NCBI GenBank assembly: GCA_965205655.1
Contig: CBDBIJ010000038.1
Coordinates: 1-33,197 of the forward strand
Direction of reading: 5' to 3'
Source of the DNA: Candidatus Latescibacterota bacterium
GTDB lineage: Bacteria; Latescibacterota; UBA2968; UBA8231
Length of the DNA stretch: 33,197 bases
Shown here piece after piece: positions 1-9,339 of the stretch; position 1 is the stretch's first letter; each line of letters opens with the position of its first letter. A program made the position numbers and the translations under genes. The notes beneath the pieces are model-generated. The model was not told the DNA's origin and did no database searches. It saw only the letters and a program-made list of their open reading frames with translations.

Positions 1-82
1 GCGCCACGATGGGAACCTGCCGCGTCTCGGAAACACAGCCCCAGATCAACAGCCCAGCAAAGAGAGCAAGAGGGAATCTCAT
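1..82 (-). CDS. 5' end of a lipoprotein gene (partial), possibly a SurA/PrsA-like peptidylprolyl isomerase
   Basis: Manual translation from ATG at 82: [27 protein letters not shown], with a lipobox-like IWG-C. It starts 1 nt after the mfd stop. The PPIase guess rests only on the common mfd-PPIase synteny. Confidence 0.6.
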   Translation of the reverse strand, partial: MRFPLALFAGLLIWGCVSETRQVPIVA

Positions 83-83
83 T

Positions 84-3000
84 TCAGACGACTTCCCGCA
101 TGATGTTCCTGGCCTTCTCGAGGCGCTCCTGCTCGTCGGTGGCGCGGATGAAGGCCTCGACGACGAGCGCGTCGGCCACCTTGAACTCGAGCTGGGCCGA
201 GCTCTTCTCCACCAGCCGCTGAATATCGGCCGGTGCCGGTTGAACCTCCTCGGGAAAGATCATGCGGAAGCGAGACTTCTCCAATTGCACCGCCGCCAGA
301 CCGAGCTGGCGCGCCATGATCTTGATCTCCATCAGCGCCAAGAGGGATTTCGTCTGATACGGCATACGGCCGAAGCGATCCTCGAGCTCCTCCTGCACGC
401 CGAGCAGCTCGACGAGACGGTGCGCCTCGGCAAGCCGCTGGTAGAACTCCATCTTCAAGTCGGTGTCGGGGACATAGTCGTCGGGGATGTAGGCGGTGAC
501 GGCGATCTTCATCTCCGGTTCGACGACGTGCTCGACCTTTTCTCCTTTCAATTCCCGAACCGCTTCGTCGAGGAGCCGGCAGTAGAGATCGAATCCCACC
601 GCCGTGATATGGCCGTGTTGCTGGGCGCCGATGATGTTGCCGGCGCCACGGATTTCCATATCGCGCATGGCGATGTTGAACCCGGAGCCCAGGTCGGCGA
701 ACTCCTCGATGGCCTGAAGCCGCCGGCGGGACTTTACGCGTCAGGCGCTTGCCCTTGGGCACCAGCAGATAGGCATAGGCCCTTTCCTTGGAGCGCCCCA
801 CTCGACCGCGAATTTGATAGAGCTGGCCCAACCCCAGCATGTCAGCCCGGTTGACGAGAATCGTATTGACCGAGGGTATGTCGATGCCGGACTCGATGAT
901 CATAGTACTGACGAGACAGTCGTACTTCCGTTCCAGAAAGTCGAGCATGATCTTCTCGAGCTGACGCGAGGGCATCTGGCCGTGGGCCACGGCAAAAACG
1001 GGTCGAGGGAAGGAGCTCTTCGAGGTATTCGGCGAGTCGATAGATGGACTGAATCCGGTTGTGGACGAAGTAAACCTGGCCGCCTCGCTGGACCTCCCGG
1101 ACGATAGCCTCGACGATGCGGCCCTCGTCGAAGGCGAAGATCTCGGTGTGGATGGGGAGTCGGTCCTGCGGCGGCGTGTTGATGACGGACATGTCCCGCG
1201 TTCCCATGAGCGACATGTGCAGGGTGCGCGGGATGGGCGTGGCGGTGAGCGTGACGACGTCCACGAGCCGCTTGAGCTGCTTGATCTGCTCCTTGTGGCG
1301 CACGCCGAAGCGCTGTTCCTCGTCGACGATGAGAAGACCGAGGTCGCGGAAGGTCACATCCTTCGATAAAAGGCGGTGGGTGCCGATGAGGATGTCGACT
1401 TTGCCGGCTTTCGTGTCGCGGGCGACGTCCCGTTGTTCCTTGGGGGTGCGGAAGCGGCTGAGGACCTCGATGCGCACTGGCAGGTTGGCCATGCGCTCGG
1501 TGAAGGTCTGGTGGTGCTGCTGAGCCAGAATGGTTGTCGGCACCAGCATCGCGACCTGCTTGTGATCCGCCACGGCCTTGAACGCCGCCCGCACCGCCAC
1601 CTCCGTTTTTCCGTAACCCACGTCGCCGCAGACGAGGCGGTCCATGGGATGAGGGGCCTCCATGTCCTTCTTGACATCCTCGACGGTCCGCAGCTGGTCG
1701 GGCGTCTCTTGAAAGGGGAAGGCCGCTTCGAGCTCGCGCTGCATTGGCGTGTCTTCGGAAAAGCGAGCCCCCGGCAGCGCCTTGCGCGCGGCGTAGAGCT
1801 GGATGAGCTCGCTCGCCATTTTGAAGATCTCCTCCTTCGTGCGCTCCTTGAGCCTCTCCCAGGCGTTCGAACCGAGCTTGTTGAGAATCGGCGGCTCGCT
1901 TTCGGAACTGGAGTATTTGCGCAACCGGTCGAGCTGTTCGACCGGGATAAAGAGCTTGTCTTTACCCTGATAGGTGACTTCGAGGCAGTCGTGATCTCTG
2001 GCCGAGAGCACGAGGCGCCTGATGCCGCGGTAGCGCCCGATGCCATGATCTTCGTGGACGACGAAGTCTCCCACATGAAGAGCCTCGAAGGTGGAGATCG
2101 GTTTTGCCGCCTTGAAACGACGATAGCGGTAGCGCTGCTTCTGGCGGCTGAAGATCTCGTGATCGTTGAACAGGGCGATGGCGGCTTCGGGAAACACGAA
2201 GCCGCCGGTTCAGGGTACCGAGCCCGAAGGAGGCGACGTCGGACCAGTCGCTGAAAATCTCCTCGAGGCGACTGCTCTGACCCTGGGTCTCCGAGAGGAC
2301 GTGGATCTCGTATCCCTCTTCACTCAGCGCCGCGACTTCGTTTCGCAGGATGCCGAGTTCGCCCTGAACGGCCCCGCGGTTCGCGGGCACCGAAGCGGAT
2401 GGCGCCGTCCAACTCGCCAAGGGGGGCTGGCTGAAGCAGCGTATGCTCCGCAAAGTGGGTCCGCAGCCATGCGGCATCCCGCAGCAGGCGTTCGGGCGGC
2501 AGATAGGTACCACGATCGGCGTGGCGTCGATAATCGCGCCTCGAGGGAGCGACCGACTTCTCGATCTCCGCCTCGAGCTCGTCGAGTTCATCGCAGTAGA
2601 GAATCGGGCCATCGAGGTACTCGAATAGCCCTTTGTCGCGTCCGTAGAGGATCGACATGTAGGTCTCGATCCCCTCGAGAGAGGTGCCGAGTTCGATCTG
2701 GTCCTTCAACGCCGCAAGCTCGACCTTCGCTTCGGCCTCGACGGGTTCGATCGCCCGCATGTAGTCTTCGGCTGAATTCGGGGGTGAGGATAACCTCTCG
2801 GGCCGGCAGAATGCAGGCCTCCTCACAGGCGGTGAGCGAGCGCTGCGTGGAGATGTCGAACTGCCGGATCGAGTCGACTTCGTCACCGAAGAACTCGAGG
2901 CGCAGCGGGTGCTCGACGCCCAGGGGATAGATGTCGACGATACCGCCGCGAACGCTGAATTGGCCGATGCCGTCTACCATCGGCACACGCTCGAAGCCGA

Positions 3001-3493
3001 CGTCAACGAAATGAGAGTTCATCCGGTCGAGGCGATGCTCCTGACCGACCCGGCAATGAAAGGTGCCCAGCTCGAGGGCGTGCGGTGGGATGAGGGGCGA
3101 GATCAGGGCCGCAGCCGGAGTCACGACGATGGTGGGGTCGCGGCGGGCGAGTTGGGCCGCCGCCTCGATCCGCAGCCCGGTGATCTCCTGGGACGGCGAC
3201 CGACCTTCATACACGTCCATATCCCAGGCGGGGAAATAGCGCACGATCTCATCGCCGGCGATGGCCTGCAAATCGTCGCGCCACTGTTCGGCGCGGTCTT
3301 CATCGGCGGCGATGACGAGCAGGGGCCGGGGGATGGAGCGCTGAACCTTCGTAAGCAGAAAGGCGGCAAGGGTCGAGGGCAGGGCGTGCAGCAACACCTG
3401 CCGCTCCCCACTGTTCAGGCGGGCGACGATGTCTCTGAAACTCGCCGTCGCGGCCGTCTTGCGGGCGATGTGATCGAGCGACGGAGCGGTCAT
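84..3493 (-). CDS. mfd: Transcription-repair coupling factor Mfd, split by 5 apparent +1 frameshifts (~2772, ~2375, ~2205, ~995, ~730)
   Basis: UvrB-homology [28 protein letters not shown], Walker [37 protein letters not shown] motif [12 protein letters not shown] and the TRCF C-terminal domain are spread collinearly over six ORFs. Confidence 0.95.
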
Positions 3494-3559
3494 TGCGGTT
3501 CGAGCCGGTTGAAGCTAAAGAGCTGGGAGGGTAGGGCAGTCGCGTGGGGGAATCAACCA

Positions 3560-3589
3560 AAAATAACCGGCGTCGAGCAGGGCTGTCAA
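3560..3589 (-). promoter_or_regulatory. Putative sigma70-type promoter of mfd
   Basis: Minus strand TTGACA-N18-TATTTT(TG), about 65 nt upstream of the mfd ATG. Confidence 0.55.
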
Positions 3590-3641
3590 AATACGACAGC
3601 TCCGGCTGTCAAAATGCGACAGCTGTCAAAACGCGAGCAGC
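3582..3641. repeat. Three tandem palindromic units GCTGTCAAAAyrCGACAGC
   Basis: GCTGTCAAAATACGACAGC 3582-3600, GCTGTCAAAATGCGACAGC 3605-3623 and degenerate GCTGTCAAAACGCGAGCAGC 3622-3641. Confidence 0.85.
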
Positions 3642-3657
3642 CCTTTGTTCGACAGGC

Positions 3658-3951
3658 TTACTCAACTCGGCGGCGCTTCGCCGGCTTTTTCTTCTTCGCG
3701 GTCTGAGCCTCCTCCGCCCGCATCTCTACGGCCATGCGGTCGAGATCTTTCAGTTCGCGGCGGGCGGCGAAAAATAACCAGATACTGACTACGGAAGAGG
3801 CAATGAGCATGCAGAGCAGGGCCATGCGGGCGTAGAACCACTAATGCTCCTCCTCGCCGCCGATGAAGATGACCCCGCTGCTGCACAATAGCCAGATCAT
3901 TCCGGTGGCGCCACCGAGAACTCGCCTGAAGCGCTTCCACTGGACACGCAT
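3658..3951 (-). pseudogene. Small two-TM membrane protein (97 codons) interrupted by an in-frame TAG at codon 37
   Basis: Manual translation: MRVQWKRFRRVLGGATGMIWLLCSSGVIFIGGEEEH*WFYARMALLCMLIASSVVSIWLFFAARRELKDLDRMAVEMRAEEAQTAKKKKPAKRRRVE. TAG at 3841-3843. Not in the ORF track. Confidence 0.6.
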
Positions 3952-3995
3952 CCAGGCTATGTCGCGCAGATCGATCACGGGGCGCAGAAGGTAGC

Positions 3996-5242
3996 GGTAT
4001 ATTCAATCGGTCAATGCAACATTCTCCCCACTAATCTAATCATAGGAGATGTTGCACATGGCTCAAATGGGACGACCAGGATTGTCCGCGTCACAGAAGT
4101 TGGAGGTATGGCGTCGATGGAAGAGCGGCCAGTCGCATAGCGATATTGGTCGGGCGCTCGGGAAGCATCCGGCGTCGATTCATGGTGTCATCACCGCCAA
4201 TGGGGGCATCGTACCAATGCCGCGTCGACGCTCTCGATGGGCTCTTGGCTGGGAAGAGCGTGAAGAGATCTCTCGAGGTATCGCTGCGGGAAAATCGATA
4301 CGAATAATTGCGGCCGCTGTTGAGCGTGCACCCTCGACGGTTAGCCGAGAGATTGCCCGCAATGGCGGGCGGCAAAGGTACCGAGCAAACGTCGCCGACC
4401 AAGCAGCCTGGACGCGCGCCAGCCGGCCGAAATGCTGCCGACTCGCATCCAATCTTCGTTTGCGGCGAGTCGTGGCGGACAAGCTACGCCTGAAGTGGTC
4501 ACCTGAGCAGATATCGGGATGGCTGAAGCGGGAGTATGCGCTTTTAGGAAATATGCAGATATCCCACGAAACGATCTATCGAACTCTCTTCATCCAGGCA
4601 CGCGGGGCACTCAACAAGGACCTCATTGCGCATCTGCGGACGCGAAGGATGATGCGGCGATCCAAGAAGGCAAGCACACGCGATCAGCCGAGAGGCCGGA
4701 TCGTCGACGCCGTATCCATCAGCGAGCGGCCTGCCGAGATCGAGGACCGCGCCGTTCCCGGCCACTGGGAGGGAGACTTGATCTCGGGGTCGAACAACAC
4801 GCACATCGCCACGTTGGTGGAGCGGCAGTCTCGGTTCACGATGCTCGTGAAGCTCAACGGCAAAGACACCGAGACCGTTGTCAGAGCGCTGATCAGCCAG
4901 GTGAAACGACTCCCCTCCGCGGTGCGGTTGTCCCTTACCTGGGATCGAGGAATGGAGCTAGCTCGGCACAAGGAGTTCTCGATCGCAACTGACGTCGAGG
5001 TGTATTTCTGTGATCCTCAGAGTCCCTGGCAACGAGGCACAAATGAGAACACGAATCGCCTTCTTCGACAGTACTTCCCGAGGAAGACCGATCTGTCGCT
5101 ATTCTCCCAAGCCGACCTGCACAGAGTCGCTCTTCAACTGAACCAGCGCCCGCGGAAGACGTTGGGGTTCGTTTCACCCGCAGAACGCTTCAATGAAGGT
5201 GTTGCGTTGACGAAGGTGTTGCATTGACTGGTTGAACTCGCG
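3996..5242 (+). mobile_element. IS30-family insertion sequence (~1.25 kb)
   Basis: Imperfect 26-bp terminal inverted repeats GGTATATTCAATCGGTCAATGCAACA (3996-4021) and TGTTGCATTGACTGGTTGAACTCGCG (5217-5242). A 2-bp GC direct repeat flanks it (3994-3995 and 5243-5244). It holds a single transposase. Confidence 0.9.
4058..5227 (+). CDS. IS30-family DDE transposase
   Basis: Two N-terminal HTH segments (RAPSTVSREI), WSPEQIS, ISHETIY, GHWEGDL, TWDRGME and SPWQRGTNENTNRLLRQYFP. AGGAG RBS at 4044; start is ATG 4049 or 4058. Confidence 0.95.
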   Translation: MAQMGRPGLSASQKLEVWRRWKSGQSHSDIGRALGKHPASIHGVITANGGIVPMPRRRSRWALGWEEREEISRGIAAGKSIRIIAAAVERAPSTVSREIARNGGRQRYRANVADQAAWTRASRPKCCRLASNLRLRRVVADKLRLKWSPEQISGWLKREYALLGNMQISHETIYRTLFIQARGALNKDLIAHLRTRRMMRRSKKASTRDQPRGRIVDAVSISERPAEIEDRAVPGHWEGDLISGSNNTHIATLVERQSRFTMLVKLNGKDTETVVRALISQVKRLPSAVRLSLTWDRGMELARHKEFSIATDVEVYFCDPQSPWQRGTNENTNRLLRQYFPRKTDLSLFSQADLHRVALQLNQRPRKTLGFVSPAERFNEGVALTKVLH

Positions 5243-5405
5243 GCAACACGATTACGTACCGCCAAATCTGGACAACTATAGTGAGAATGGGACAACTGAT
5301 CCGTCACCATTGCGAGTGCCACCTCCTACCGGACGCCGGGGTGTATGACGTATCCTCTCGCGTCGGCAGTAGCCTTCATGCCATTATCCTAACAGGTCTA
5401 CGATC

Positions 5406-7482
5406 GTGCAGCCAACAGAGCGATCTCGATGGACGCCGGGAAACGGCCTGGCGTGGGCGGTGTACGCGGCTGGAATGGCCGTGCTCGCAGCCCTCGTTTT
5501 CGGCGATCTCGGAGATCGCGCCGTCGCCAACTACGATGACTTCCACTACCTGCTTCAGAGCGAGAGGATAAGCGGGGATTTCCTAGCTCTCCTGTCTCCG
5601 GAATACCACGGGCCACGGCCTGTGACCGATCTGGTGTTTTGGCTGGCATTCGAGTTGTGGGGCAAAGAGCCGAAGGGGTACTACGCGCTCACGATCTGCA
5701 TTCACAGCCTGGCGAGTATCTTTCTGGCCATCCTTTGCCAAAGGATTGGATCGAGCCGCGATACTGCCTTTGTTGCCGGCGCCTTCTTCCTGACCACCGT
5801 CGCCCATTTTCGCAATCTGTTCGTCATCTCCGGCCTGGCGTATCCCCTGGCCCTGTCGTTCACTTTTGTGGCAGCCCACTGGTTCACGATTGCCCGACAG
5901 CCAGGTCAATCCAGATGGTACGGTGCCCTCTCCGGGGCCGGCTTGTTGGCAGCTCTATCCCACCCGGCTGCCATAGCTGTCTTTCCGTTCTGTATCTTCG
6001 TCGGCTTCAACAGACGTGACCGTATCAGCGCTATCGTCCCGAGGGTCATCGCCTCCGGCATCGGCGCTGCCGCAGCGATCCTCAGTATGGTCTACTTCTA
6101 TCCGCACAAGATCCAGTCTTACCACTCCGCCCACATACCCGACATCGCACGTATTTCAGAGCACCTTCTGTGGCTCCTGGGTCGACTGCTGGCGACGGCA
6201 CATTGGCTGGCCGCACCAGTCTACGGGTATCAATCCTGGGAACTGGGCCTCGGCCTTGTCGGCCTGGCGGCAATTGCGTTCCTGTTGTTCCAACGAGGAG
6301 CAGCGGCAGCGGAGTGGTCCTTCTGGGTACTCATCATGATGCTGCCGTTCGTCAATCGCCTGCCGACTTCATTCATGCTCGGTGATTCGGGCCCTTCCCA
6401 CTATCTGTATTTTGCCAGCGCTGGCTTTGCCGTCCTGTCGGCCATGCTCTTGCGGGAGGTTGCAATGTTCACTTGCCGACGAGGCGGACCGCGGATCGGC
6501 AGACTGCTGCTCTTCGCGCTGAGCGCCGGGATCGTCGCCTACAGCGCTGCTGCGATAGATGAGTTAGAAGCCTTTTCGTTCCATCGGTCGGGTGAGTTCT
6601 ACCTGCGTCAGCGGGATGAAGACAACGCCGTGCGGCAGCTTTCGCTCGCAGTGGATCGACTCGAATCCGACAAGGTCATTGACGGAGAGCGAGCATACGT
6701 GGCGCTGTGCTATGCCCTCTTGCTAAAAGGCGGGCGGATCGCGCCAACGATGAATGAAGCGCGCCAGAAATATCCGGATAGCTACCGACTCGCCGCCTTG
6801 TCGGGCGCGGTGAATTCGATGAACCCCGACTCCACGGTGCGCCGACGTGGCTCCGAATTGATTCGGCAGGCACAGGAGAGTGCAGACGGTCGAAACCAGG
6901 GCGAGCAGTTCAATGCACAGATGGCAGAGACCTACGAATGCCTCGCCGACGCTCTCAACGGAGAAAGAGACTTTCGGCGTGCAACCGAAGCTGCGAGACG
7001 TTCGCTCGCCTACGGCGAGTCTGCCCGAACCTACTTCGCCCTCGGCAACCGCGCATACACTGCTGGGTGAATACGAGCAAGCAGCTACGGCTCTCGAAAA
7101 CGGAATCTCGCTTGGCCCCAACATCGCGGAACTTCACCACAACCTCGGACACGCATACCGCATGACCGGCGAGTTCGACAAGGCGGAGAAAGCGCTCCAG
7201 AGAGCGACGGAACTGAAGCCACGCGGAGCTGCCTCCTACTACGAACTCGGGCTGGCGCGTTCCCGGCTCGGCGACGACGAGGGCGCCGTCGAGTCTTACA
7301 TGCAAGCAGTGCGATTGGATCCGGTCCACGACAGGGCGCGGTTCGAATTGGCCATGTCTCACGTCCGGCTTGGAGACCCCGGGGCAGCCAGAGCCGAGTA
7401 TGACTCGCTGAGACGAAGCGCCGGCGGGCAAGTCGGGGAACAGCTTCTGCAGGACCTCGAACAGGCTATCGAGGTCGAATAA
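5406..7482 (+). CDS. Multi-TM GT-C/TMTC-like glycosyltransferase with C-terminal TPR repeats (+1 frameshift ~7050)
   Basis: TM1 followed by NYDDFHYL and GPRPV, then about 10 hydrophobic helices. TPR motifs (YFALGN, HHNLGHAY, YYELGLA, RFELAMS) continue in ORF 6880..7482. Confidence 0.7.
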
Positions 7483-7541
7483 AAAACCCTCTTTCAGACG
7501 CGAAGTACAGGCACAGATCGCGTCCTGGAAAGAAGGGTGTT
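7483..7541. terminator. Imperfect stem-loop between the convergent TPR gene and tRNA-Ala
   Basis: AACCCTCTTTCAGACGCGA ... TCGCGTCCTGGAAAGAAGGGTGTT. The preceding A run gives a U tract on the minus (tRNA) strand. Confidence 0.45.
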
Positions 7542-7582
7542 CGGTTCGCATCGACTCTTTACAGAGCCGTCATATGTATTGC

Positions 7583-7658
7583 TGGTGGAGCTGAGGGGAA
7601 TCGAACCCCTGACCTCCTGAATGCCATTCAGGCGCTCTCCCAACTGAGCTACAGCCCC
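7583..7658 (-). tRNA. tRNA-Ala(GGC)
   Basis: GGGGCTGTAGCTCAGTTGGGAGAGCGCCTGAATGGCATTCAGGAGGTCAGGGGTTCGATTCCCCTCAGCTCCACCA: 76 nt, G3:U70 pair, anticodon GGC, encoded CCA. Confidence 0.98.
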
Positions 7659-7669
7659 GAGGGCCTTGA

Positions 7670-7698
7670 AACCTAAGAGGCGCTTCGGCGAGCGTCAA
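7670..7698 (-). promoter_or_regulatory. sigma70-type promoter of tRNA-Ala
   Basis: TTGACG-N17-TAGGTT ending 11 nt upstream of the tRNA 5' end. Confidence 0.7.
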
Positions 7699-7741
7699 AC
7701 GGTCTGGCCGGCAAGTGCGCACAGGCAGCACCTGGCGGATG

Positions 7742-8344
7742 CTAATTGACGACGACACCGAGACTGAGCTCACTCGCCTCGTAGATGTCGCGGCGCTCGG
7801 ACCGAGGTCCGAGCGACAGGAGGAGCACGGTGATGCGGGCCCGGGTAAGGCTGTTGAAGCTCTCGCTGGTGGCGAGTCTCAGCGTCCCGAGGGTGTGGTC
7901 GCCCTCGACGTCCTCGCTAAAGGTAGCGCCGCCAATCCTGACATGATTTCCCTCGTCGACTTCGACACCGGAGCCGAAGGTCGTGAATGGCTCCCCGACT
8001 GCGAATGAGGCGCCCGTCAACTCGAAGGCGGAGGACGGCAGCGGTTCGAGGACAAGCTCGAATTGTCGGACCCCGGACAGTCCGGCGGCCAAGAAGGTGA
8101 GGGAAATCTGCTGAGAGGGGCGAGTGGCCTGCCAGCCATTTCCGACGATGCGAATCTCCCCGATATACTGTCCGTCGAGCTCAGCCCGCTGCCGGTACTG
8201 GATGGACGTGTCGCCGCCGCCGGGAATCGTCACGCCGCCGCCGGCGTCGGGATCGGCGTCTCCGCAGTTCAGAGCGCACAGAGCCACGAACAGAAGTGCG
8301 CCGGAGGCGGTTTGCCCAGAGGACGGGAAGCGAGGTTCGTTCAA
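7742..8344 (-). CDS. Lipoprotein with a beta-sandwich, cohesin-like domain
   Basis: AAGGAG RBS then TTG at 8344; signal with lipobox ALNC. Segments GVRQFELVLE, VRIGGATF, GDHTLGTLRL and ITVLLLSLG resemble cohesin strand patterns (recognition only). Confidence 0.55.
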   Translation of the reverse strand: MNEPRFPSSGQTASGALLFVALCALNCGDADPDAGGGVTIPGGGDTSIQYRQRAELDGQYIGEIRIVGNGWQATRPSQQISLTFLAAGLSGVRQFELVLEPLPSSAFELTGASFAVGEPFTTFGSGVEVDEGNHVRIGGATFSEDVEGDHTLGTLRLATSESFNSLTRARITVLLLSLGPRSERRDIYEASELSLGVVVN

Positions 8345-8397
8345 AAAAGTGCACTCCTTCGACGACGTTTTTTTCGAGAATCGCTTCGACGGGCGCA

Positions 8398-8426
8398 AAG
8401 GTATATGGGTTCAACGCTGGTCACAA
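8398..8426 (-). promoter_or_regulatory. Putative sigma70-type promoter for the cohesin-like lipoprotein
   Basis: TTGTGA-N17-TACCTT(TG). Confidence 0.45.
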
Positions 8427-9172
8427 GCGCAGGAGCGGCCGATGGCGACGGCATGGCTGGGGCCAAGCGTCGCGTGGGTTCGAACGCCGTATCCGACGAA
8501 ATGAGCGCCACGCTCCGAGCCCCAGCCGACGGCAAACTGGCGCGGTGAAGACGACGTGCCGAGAGAGAGCCTGAATCGCGGATCGAACTGCCGCTCGGCG
8601 GCCATATGCAGTCGTGGCGGTGAGTGGCCGCGGCGGTCCACCACTGCGACGGCCGAACCTTCTCCTGAGAGATAGCGGTGGAACCGAATGGCGATGCGAG
8701 GCTGGACGTGATCACCGGCATCCGTTCGACCTGCCACGAAAAGAGAGAACGACTCGCTCAGCGCCAGCCGAACCGAGAGTGACAGCCCATACGTTCGCGA
8801 GGTGTGGTGAGACTGCTGAAGATGGTATCGGGTGAGGGCCGCAGTTGTGGAGAGACGGCGGCTCATCCTCCAGCCGCCGCCAACACGAGTGGAGATCTCC
8901 CTATGTCGAGCCGGACCGCGGAGTGTTAGGCCGGCTTCGACGCCGTGGAAACCGACGGTCAGGGAGTGACCGGCGAGCTCCGGCAGGCCGAAGGGGAGAT
9001 GGTGGCCGAGCCGCCAGCGAAAGCAGGATCCCCGGAAGAGGTCCGGCGTCCCCTCCCGGCCTGTCGAGCCGGGTAGGGCCGAGCCGGGTTCAACCTCGAA
9101 AGCGGCAAGACAGGGTCCGCCATCGCCACAGCTGATTATGACGACAATCGAAAACGAGACGAGTCTGCTCAC
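8411..9172 (-). CDS. Secreted hypothetical protein, probable outer-membrane beta-barrel (distant PorV/PorQ-like)
   Basis: Signal-like N terminus, LPFGLPELA motif, alternating amphipathic strands, C-terminal YGVRTHATLGPSH resembling the PorV-type LGxxH strand. GAGGT RBS before GTG. Confidence 0.5.
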   Translation of the reverse strand: MSRLVSFSIVVIISCGDGGPCLAAFEVEPGSALPGSTGREGTPDLFRGSCFRWRLGHHLPFGLPELAGHSLTVGFHGVEAGLTLRGPARHREISTRVGGGWRMSRRLSTTAALTRYHLQQSHHTSRTYGLSLSVRLALSESFSLFVAGRTDAGDHVQPRIAIRFHRYLSGEGSAVAVVDRRGHSPPRLHMAAERQFDPRFRLSLGTSSSPRQFAVGWGSERGAHFVGYGVRTHATLGPSHAVAIGRSCACDQR

Positions 9173-9210
9173 TGGGACCTCGAAGGATCGCGGATATTAC
9201 GACCAGGCCC

Positions 9211-9227
9211 AGCAATCGACACGCCAA
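9211..9227 (-). promoter_or_regulatory. sigma54 -24/-12 promoter
   Basis: Minus strand TTGGCGTGTCGATTGCT has GG-N10-GC spacing and matches TGGCAC-N5-TTGCW. It is intergenic, 38 nt before the GTG at 9172. Confidence 0.65.
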
Positions 9228-9339
9228 CGGCGCCGCTCTCTCAGTACGGAGACCGCGCTGATTTGCGCAGCGCGGAAGCAGTTGGATTGGTGGCGCTAAA
9301 TGGACGCAGAAGTGTGTGGGATGTGGAACGGTGCAGCCG

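Noticed and set aside
84..3493. mfd as a true pseudogene or programmed frameshift
   Set aside because: Motifs are intact, there are no in-frame nonsense changes, and all lesions are +1 insertions, so sequencing error is more likely.
3582..3641. CRISPR array
   Set aside because: The units are 19 bp with 0-4 nt between them, there are no spacers and no cas genes.
3671..3696. Plus-strand hairpin with T run as a terminator
   Set aside because: Explained by the reverse complement of the KKKKPAKRRR codons of the small membrane gene, and no plus-strand gene lies upstream.
3841..3843. Pyrrolysine or amber recoding
   Set aside because: TAG is used as a normal stop by several genes here (tgt, purC, propeller, PorV) and no pyl genes are present.
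3662..4006. 114-aa ORF from the track
   Set aside because: It starts inside the IS end and has a low-complexity translation. The neighbouring frame 3658..3951 is the protein-like one.
5270..5297. GGACAACT direct repeat at 20-nt spacing upstream of the TPR gene
   Set aside because: Only two 8-mers, too weak to call a binding site.
3660..7583. Integrative island at tRNA-Ala with attL/attR
   Set aside because: No integrase, and I found no duplicate of the tRNA 3' end.
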